A stretch of DNA of 33,057 nt, from positions 1 to 33,057 of the forward strand of contig KZ539147.1 in NCBI GenBank assembly GCA_000934665.2, given 5' to 3'. The translations under genes were made by a program, and so were the position numbers. This DNA is from Catajapyx aquilonaris (lineage: Eukaryota). The notes beneath the pieces are model-generated. The model saw only the letters and a list, made by a program, of their open reading frames with translations. It searched no databases and was not told where the DNA came from. Numbering within the stretch: position 1 is the stretch's first letter; every line of letters starts with the position of its first letter. Positions 23,571 to 33,057 of this stretch are shown here, one piece after another.

Positions 23571-26500
23571 ATTACGGAACAAAAAGTGGACCGCACGTCA
23601 CCCCTTATTACTCCCTATCAACACCCGAAGAAAAAGAAAGAAACCATTAGTGTCGTCCCAAATTCAAGCTCAGCCACGGGCACTTGAGAGGTGCCCTGTT
23701 TGCACCGAGTGAAAAGTGACTTCATAAAGAATTTTTAAGGTGAAAAGGTGTAAACGTCACGTATTAGAATTTTTTATTACGAGCACCGTGGGCTGTCTTA
23801 TAAGCGTGTTTCTAGAGGTAAACAACCCAACCCAACAACCTAACGTAAACTCGACTTACGTATTGTGTTGCGGTACGATCCGCTTATGTTTACATAAAAC
23901 TAAAATGCAGTTGCCCTATATCCATCCTGAACTCTCATGGGGTTACCACCCTGCATAGTGTATACAAATGAGTATGTTTCCCACACACTTCACTCATTAC
24001 TGCTACATATCTACATCTGGCGCTAATTTCATAATATCTCCCACACCATCTCCCAAGCTTCTTAAGATGCATGCATAGATTACATTATTTGCACAGCATA
24101 GCTCATTACAAGGCCAAGATTTTCCACCTGCCGTTCAAAGCTTAGCTAAACTACCCCTCCCAAATGACTCCCCCAACTTTTTACCCCCGGTGTAAACTCA
24201 ATTCTCCTCCATGTACCCCCTTCTAATACCCCCTGCACTCTTCAGACGCCACATCGTCCCCAATTCCTATGCACCAGGAAGCCAGACCTTTTCTCGCGGG
24301 ATTCACCCCCAACCGCCCCATAGCAACATCTTCCTGCCGACAATCTGCTTTTTGCCCCCGAGCAGTGGGACCCCACAGAAACGGAGGAGGGGAGAAAACC
24401 TTGTTAATATTTGGATCACACTCGGGCGGCAGCCATTGGGACGGATGGCAGCGCATTATGGGAGTCAGGCGCCAAAGGAGTTGGCACACTAGCTACTTTC
24501 CCAAACCTGAAGAGGAAAACCCTCTTCCCCCTTTTGCTTTTGTCTCTCCCTGGAGCGAATTAGCGCTGATTTCTCAAACCACTGTCAACACAACTTCATA
24601 GCCTTAAATCGACTATAAAAATGCGGCCGGCTCGTGTTTCCAATTACAATCGCACCATGGGATAAAGACCGGGGCCATAAATTTCACCCACTTTTTTTTT
24701 TGCGCGCAATGTGCTGCGTTTAAAAAAAAAAATGTCGGATGGGGAGAGCAGGGGAGGCTGTGAACCAAAGTGGCTTCACAATCCTAACTAATCTGCTGAT
24801 TCTGTGAATTATTTCCTCACTAAGCGCGCAAGACTCGTAAACGCGTCCGGAGTCCCCTTTACGCATATTAATTCCCGCTCGTAACTCACACTCTAGATGA
24901 TATTTTAGGGGAAGGGGAGAAGATAATTTAAAGCCCTATCATTCAATTCAGACTAGAACAGAGTACAGGCCCCATGTGCTTCTGTAGACAAGTAGAACCT
25001 GTCAGAAAATGTCCACTGTAAAATTGCGCAAAAAAAACTAAGTTGGCAAAATAATGGCTTCAAAACAAATTTGTGCACATTTTGCTCCCATGTTCATCAG
25101 ACCGAGTTTCTGAACCGGCTCGGGGTGTGAACGCTCCAGATGTATGCATGCCAACAGCCAATATCAATCAACAAGAATTACTTCCTGGTATTATGACATT
25201 AACATCGATTTTACCACCTCTGAAGAGCAACGGCGCGGAATAAACTGGAGTGGGTGTACAATCAATATATTTAATTGCCCGCCAGGAGAACGTCTGCCAG
25301 GAAGCAGGTTCTGATTGGCCGGTTTTCGCACCTATGCAAATATGACATTCGCAAAAAAAGGTGGTTACGGATGTACTTTTTTTTACTCCGCCAATTTTTT
25401 TTCGCGTTACGACGTAATTTCCTGTCTCCCACGGCCAACGCACCCTACTTCACCCGAAAAGATGCAATAACCATTGCCAACTCTCGCAAAATTATCCTCT
25501 CTCGACACTCCCACGGCTCATAAAACTTCCATACAGCTACCGACTAACTGCAAAATCAAACCCCCTTAAATTGGGCCCCGCCGTCTTAATTAAACAGGAA
25601 TTACACCTAACCTCCCCAGTACTTTTTTTTGTGTGAATATATCCTGCCCTAGGGAGGTAGCACAAAAAAAAGTGCTGGAAGAAATTCACAGTCTTCATGC
25701 AAATTGCTCCATGCAAATTCATGACTGCGATTTGGGACGCCTCACTTTTTGTTTGGGACACTTCGCAGCCTCTTTTTCACCATGTTTCTGGCACGCTCGA
25801 GTGATAAAATTACCTCTGGGTACCACAACCCCTTGGTAGGGGAGGGGAAAAACCCCCGTTGCTGAACCGGATTTTTTAACAGCTGACTGAACGTTCTGTA
25901 GGTCAATCAAATTGATAGGACATGCTTTTTTATATATAAAATAAAATTACATGTTACAGTAATATTTTACCAATACGGTATTTCCTTTGGCGAATTAGTG
26001 GTGATGAACCATAAAAAAATTGCGCATCCCAATATTGGTGTCCATAGGTCGCGATAATAACCTACGCGAACTTCAAATAAAACTGGCGTCACAACTCAAA
26101 TCCCTTCATTACGCCATTCAGATATCCCCCACTGCGTGTCCCCCAATCACAAACCGCATTCATTTCCTGCCCAGAAATTTGCACAAAAAAATTTGCCAAC
26201 CTCCCCGCCCCACTGCCTGCCCTCCAAACCACCCCGACCTCTCTCAGTATGGCGGGATGAAATCCATGGCAAATATTGACAATGTTTCGCAGCGTTGCAA
26301 AAGCTGTGCCTCTGGTTTATATTGAACCCATTCCAGAGCTTTTGCTTATTTATGCCCCGAATTTTTTTTCGCGTGCAAAACTACTATTATGCTTTTTTTT
26401 CCAGGCCCTTTCGAACGTTTAACGCGATTTGGGAGTGGCTCCCGTTTTATGATGCTAGACCTTCACTTAATTAATGTCAAGTTATAGCCGCGCAACAGCT

Positions 26501-26919
26501 GTGCGGAAGATGTGTCAACACAGGACCGTTGGTGTCTGTGTAGGGTCAATACAGTATCGAAACCAAAGCGATCCTCACTTAAAATCATTATGGTCCGCAT
26601 GTCAAAAAGTTGATCTCATTAGTTCGCCGGCTAATGCTGCTTATACATGCGCGCTTGCACAGACAGGGGAAAAAAAAACCTCAATAACATGTAGTTACAT
26701 GGAGAAAATGCTGTCAAAATTGTAGCGGGTTCTCTGCGTGTTCGTGCCGCTTTTTTCGAAATTCCTCCCATCCCAGGCATTGTGCAAAAACACAGGTTTT
26801 TAAAATCAGTCCACGTACTTACATCGTGGTGTAAGTAAAATGTAAGTCTACACCTCCGGCTTTTATATTGTACCCTTCCAAACATGCTAGAACCATGCAA
26901 AACAGGCTTCCGCTCTCCT

Positions 26920-26968
26920 NNNNNNNNNNNNNNNNNNNNNNNNNNNNNNNNNNNNNNNNNNNNNNNNN
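26920..26968. other. Assembly gap (49 N) next to a poly-G run
   Basis: Direct observation; further N positions at 3302, 5848, 8013-8017 and 15842, each touching a C or G homopolymer. Confidence 0.98.
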
Positions 26969-28084
26969 GGGGGGGGGCCTACGTGCACTTTTATGCCGGC
27001 AGCACAGCTGTTCCCATTCCCAGATTAGCCGAGATAGAATCTGCACAGACTTGGCACTTTGCACTATTAAGCTAGTGATGTGGCTCGCAGCGGAGCTGGT
27101 AATCACTGCATAACTTCTACCCTTTCACACTGTGCCGCATGTTGCGGTGTACGGCGTCACATAATAATAGTCATGCAGACAATTGCTAATTGCAACTAGT
27201 TGCTGGGTGATACGTCACTGCATTCCAGTGGATAGCTATACAGTACTGTAGGCCAAAATAATGCCAGGTGAGAATCAAAACTAACAAGCTATCCTTTCAT
27301 CAAGAGCTGTGTTATATATGTAAGTTCGGAATTTATTATCGGCATAAAATGTGGTTTTATTACCCGTTTTTTCTCTCTCTCTCCTACATTGCGGTTTACA
27401 GGAACGTGGCAGCATAATGCTCTCTATTCAACCGGATTTTAGTCAGAGTTTTATTCGGTTTTGCTTCCGTCCGCCTGAACATGATCGATCCCTTCGTTGG
27501 CAAAAAGAGCTGAACTTGTAGTCGAAGGTATTTAAAAATTCCCACGTCTGTATACTGTCGGCTAACATGCACTGTAATTTACACATTTACGCTGACTTGG
27601 ACGACTGCCTAATTAGGAACAGCGCAAAATTTGTCGAAGTGAACAATGCACAGAGCCCCTATATACATGCTTGTAGGTGAATGTTTTACAAGGTGACACT
27701 GGCAGAGCAGCCAAGTTTTGAAACTTTAACAAGCGACTATACACATTACTCCGCATTACTCGCTGGCAAAGACAGCCCTTGTTTGGTGCCCGCCTTGAAA
27801 AGTTGGATTCATGCCTATATTTTGCACACGTTTCGTGCAAGTCGCCTAGTGATGTGCAAAGCCAGCCTACAGCATGTGCATCATTATAATTACGCGTGAC
27901 GGCTCAAAATATCATCCATTTTCACCAACCACAAGCGTGCAAGAACACAAAGGCATTTATGAATAGCAAGTGAGTGCTTTCGAATATATCTGAATGGTAA
28001 TTATGCCTCAGGAAATTTGTAATTTCATGTAACTTATAGATTTGCAATTTTTTTTAAACTTTAATACCATACACTAATATTGAG

Positions 28085-28260
28085 GAGTTCAAAAAAAAAG
28101 CTGCTGATGCTCCCGAACGGTTACAAAATGGATGGTTACAACTCCCATTATCGAACAACATCCCACTGGAGACACGCCAAGAGACTTTGCGCGGGGTATA
28201 CCTCCTGGGCAGGAACCTCGCATTCTTACCCACCCCTCCTAGAGACTACCAACCAAACAA
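28085..28260 (+). mobile_element. Possible decayed LINE RT thumb fragment
   Basis: NNIPL...GVYLLGRNLAF (GVYLLGRNLAF at 28193-28225; cf. LGVxLDxNLxFxxH), preceded by KKKLLM (cf. KTxxM). Confidence 0.25.
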
Positions 28261-28337
28261 CCAAAGGCCTCGCCAACCGTTCTAACAAGCCCTCTCTTAC
28301 TACCTTACCAGCTTCCATTCCACGCTGGACACATAAT

Positions 28338-28343
28338 AATAAA
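28338..28343 (+). promoter_or_regulatory. Candidate polyadenylation signal AATAAA
   Basis: The hexamer ends 13 nt before the poly(A) run, which begins within a CA dinucleotide; this is canonical spacing. Confidence 0.5.
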
Positions 28344-28355
28344 GCCTGTTGGCAA

Positions 28356-28816
<461 letters not shown>

Positions 28817-31800
28817 GCCAGCTTTTTTTTTCTTTCACACAGCTCCAGTCGTGACAATGAAGCAGACTGCAAAAAAAGGCGAAGGCCAGTCACCTGCTCC
28901 TTTCCCCCGGAACCACATACAGAATAGAGAAGCATGGCATGACCTCTTCACGAAAAGGTAAAGGAAGAAAAAAAATATATATCCCGAAAAGGTGGGGGTG
29001 GTACGTCGCTAAAAAGAATCGCGTGCAAACTTCTCAAGACAAGCCAATCCTTGTCAGAGGGAGTCACGGGAGAAATCGTATCTACCTTAATCCTCCTTCA
29101 AAAAAACTTTGATACGCATTTGTCTGCACAACTTTATTATTGTTTCGCTAATGTTCTCATGGACGAGTCGGTACATTTACCGAGAGGTTCGACTCAAAGA
29201 AAAAGGAGGAGGAGAAGGGGGAAAAAAAAAAAAAAAGTTCTACGCTTTTCCCGAGCTGCAAGACGTGCCTTTTGATCACAGTTCCTTTGTCACACAAAGC
29301 CCCTTTTGTCAACTTCGACGACGCTGAGGGCGGAAGAAAGCAGGCAGTCCGTGTCACTGAGCAATTCAAGAGCTAATGGCAAAAGAGATTTTGTGAAGAC
29401 CTTCCCTCTTATTTCACTGCATCACTATTAATGACGTTATGCAAATTACTTGCAAAAACACACTACGCACAGTACCACTTACGGCCGGCTTTTCATCTGA
29501 GCATGCTAACGAGAATATTGCCCCAGGCCTTTTAATAGGTGCTTAGCTGCAAAAAGGATGCAATGTGCGGTTAGCAAAGGCTGGGAACATACTGCCAGTG
29601 ATGTAACTACCGAGACCTTGGCAAAAGCATACACAGGCAAATTGGCCAAAAAAAAAAAATGTCAAAAAATGCAAGATGTTGTAAAGTATACGTTACGCTT
29701 TTAGACCAATGTCACGCTAGCCCAGGCCCCGCTCTACAAAAAAAATTACTCATGCTTATATGGACCCCCCAGTTTGATTTTTTTTCTTCTTCTTCTTACA
29801 GAAATTGAGTTTTTGCGTAATATGAAGAGGGGCAGTGTCGCGCGATATTTTATAATGTCCAAAACTGCGTACTAATATAAATAATTTAAAAATTAATACA
29901 TTTCGACGACTCCTCATCCCCGCAAGATGTCAGACACTGCAGTGTCCTCGCAACCCAGACTACATCCCTGTAATCTCCTGCTGCTCAATAAAACCAGCTG
30001 CATACTGCATGTTCCGGCCTTCCACATACAGCCGCCCTTTGTCCTCAATATTGTCGCGCCGGATGCGTTACCCATAACCAGGAAAACCCCGCCTTTACAA
30101 AGTGCTCCCGGGGTTTGGCTCGAACGCTTTAAATGCAAAATTAATTCATCCGTCTGGCTGCATTCCGGACTGGTTAAGACCACAGCCGAGGAGGAATTAA
30201 TCTGACTAATCCAAATTTAGCCAAGTGAGTTGAGGTCTATCGGCTTTTCGTCTCAACAACAGATTACAGCTAGGAAAAGGGGGGCCCAGCAATTTATTTC
30301 GGACGCCTGTACATTCGCGTGATGGACCCTTCTTCTTCAAGTTTTTTTTTCCCCCCTTCGTAAGAATGAAACACTGCCGGCGGCATGCAAGAAAATAATG
30401 GCGGGGAGGTGGGGCAGAAACAGGGAGGGAAAGAATGGGGGTCTCCAATTGATTACATCTCTTCAGTCATCCTGAAAAACACCACCGGAATCGATTCCTC
30501 GCTGGAGACAAAAGTCTTTTACTAATTTATCACGCGTAAAACCAAAACCAAGGGAAATGGCTGATTAATTCCCACACCCCTACATTTTACCCTTTAAAAA
30601 ATAACAATAGCCACTCTGAATATGTAGAAAATCTTTCCATTCTCTGCACATACTGCGTGTTCCTTCCCAGAAAAAATTTGTGCAATTTACCTGCTGATAG
30701 TATCGACCGGGACTGACATGTCCGGCAGCTAAGTAATCAGGGGAATGGTTCCTTGGAAGTATTTTTTGAAAGAGACAGATATATGACTGCTTGATTTCCC
30801 CCTCTCAGAAAATATTACAGGGAGCCTCTATAGTCCCCTCTGGAAAAGGTTGTTTGCGGATCAGTTTTTGAAAAAGGGCCTCTGGTTTTTTTAAGGGGCA
30901 GGTGTTGCTATGCTTTGAGGGCCAACCCGTCACTAGGAATGACGGGATAGATAAAGATAAACTTTTAAAATATTAAGGACACCCCCTGACCTCCTCGTAA
31001 AAAAAATACACCTGATGAAAACCAGCAGGCGTCGACAAAACCTGTTGTATACAGCCGGATATTACCAGGTTCCAGGAATCGCAAAAAAAAAAAAGGTGCA
31101 GGCTTCCGGTAAATTCCGTGTCACATTATGGCCACACACGTTAAGCCTAGCGCTAATTGCCAAAACGAGCCTCCTCTTTTGTCGTTCTTTCAACTGGGAA
31201 AGGTCAGCTCTGACCCTCCCATCCTCTTTTGTTCCCCCATTAATTGCTATGAAAAACGCTATTTCCGCATTTGTTCGTCCATCCATAAATACGGTGGGAA
31301 GCGGGAGTCATAAAAATTTAGTTACCACATGCATTGTGGTACCATTTATTGTACAGATGCAAGGACCCGCCGTGTAAAATGTGTGTGGACAGAGCAATGG
31401 TGTAACAATGAGCTCTGATTTTAATGGGAGGCCGGCAAAAATGTAGGTGAATCTACTAATTGGACAGGAACTGTTGTGCCTTCACAATTAGATTTTTTTT
31501 CCACTCCATAATGACGTTCACAACGCATCGCGTTTTATCCTCCGGCTATTTGCACTATAATTGACTCTCATTCAAGTTCGGAATGCAAAACTCTGAAATA
31601 CTGCTGGTTGTGACGAACTTTTTTTATTACGAGTATTTTGCAACGTTACCAGCAGCGGATCAATCTACACCATTACACTATCTTATCTATCCCTTGTAGG
31701 CTATACTTATAAACTCAGTGCATTAGTCAACATCCTTTTCGTTGACAGAGTGACAGATATCAGGGTGACTCGGGCTCAACAGGATATGAGCTATAAGGAC

Positions 31801-33057
31801 AAAGTGTCAGTTGACGCTAAACAGGCAAATTAATTTACGCCCTCAGTAAAGCCTTCTCGTCAAGCCTTGTCCACAAAATATTTATATTATTTCCTTAACT
31901 ACTTTTAAGCCTAGTATATATGGCAGTGTGGTTAGCTAGTTGAGCAGCATACCCTGCATTTTTTTCACTTTTTTTTTCACGGGCCGGCGCTCTGTGAGGT
32001 GAGCGGCCTCCACCTGGTCACGCCTCACTTGCCCTTGCGGGACTTACCAACCCACCTGAGTCTTCTGAAGATGGCCAGACTATACTAGGCCTCCAAAAAT
32101 CAGCTGGCTCTCATTTAGCCGGCCCCACAATTCCTACTCCCCTTCTCACTTCTTTCGGCACGCTCGTGATTAATGGACCCTTTTTCTTCATTGATTCGAC
32201 CGCCTGGATATCTTCCAGCTTTTTTTCCCCCCCTACTCTTCCTTTGTGCAGGAGACCACCGAAGCTACTGGGTGTTTGATACTCGGTACATTTCGACACC
32301 CTGTATTATTTTTTTCTGGGAGGACCTAAATGCACGACCTGTAGGAGTTTTCAGCATTGCGTCCGATTGCCCAATAAATGGCACACAAACTCGCGTTAAT
32401 CTGGGCTACTGCGGCACCAACTGATGCACTTTTGATGGCTGATAATTTAATTACGAACATGCTACTGTAGCTATACTGCCAGCCCCATTTATAGGGCCGA
32501 CCAAACAAATAAAATACATTGTGGGCGCAGGGTCAACAATTAAACTGTCCTCGCGTAACTGATAAGTGTCCACAAATATGGAAATGGTGACAATACTGAT
32601 ACCAACATCCGGTTGGAGGGGATCTGCATTAGAAATAGTCCATATGAATCATAAAAATTACACACTTAGTACTTTTCCAATCAGTAAGTGGAAATGCCCA
32701 TTGCTTTCACTGGATATGTGAAATTGTTACAGAATATTTCCACATAATTTTCTCAACGCCATTTATAGGGAAGTACTATTTAATTTAAGTTGCACTTGTA
32801 GTTTGAAGTGTAAAATGCGTTCTCCTTCCGCTTGCAAGTGGCAATTGACTGAGAGTGCAAGTGATGTCACATAGTCAGCAACTGCATGACGCCCACGGCC
32901 CCGTTTGTCACCGCCGAGTCGGTCTGGAGCTAAAACTCCATCTAGAGCGACAAACTCCTCCGCTCCTAATAACCCCAGGCGGAATACTATTACCAGGATG
33001 ATGTGAAGGCAGAGAGGAAACATCTTTCTCGATCACAATAACGCGAGGGAGCTGGTT

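Noticed and set aside
32111..32299. EVRRGVGIVGP as a GVPQGSxLGP RT motif on the minus strand
   Set aside because: A single loose motif lacking QG, with no supporting flanking motifs.

Overview
Eukaryotic, repeat-rich, apparently intergenic or intronic DNA. I can support no intact protein-coding gene, rRNA, true tRNA gene or CRISPR array; the listed ORFs are short and look incidental. The one clean element is a ~330-bp tRNA-derived SINE on the minus strand (10162-10489) with Pol III A/B boxes, a Ser(GCU)-like anticodon arm, an (AAAT)n tail and a perfect 18-bp target-site duplication. Its body resembles arthropod SINEs from memory, so an arthropod, possibly tick, origin is an inference. The rest is a patchwork of heavily decayed non-LTR retrotransposon (LINE) ORF2 fragments recognised by eye from partial endonuclease and reverse-transcriptase motifs (low to moderate confidence). 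There are also two minisatellites, an AT-rich microsatellite, a 459-nt poly(A) run behind an AATAAA signal, and five N-gaps that all abut poly-C/G runs. I did not find convincing evidence of a new biological system. The best leads are the composite SINE, the poly(A) structure, the apparent excess of endonuclease-domain fragments and two degenerate hammerhead-like motifs.
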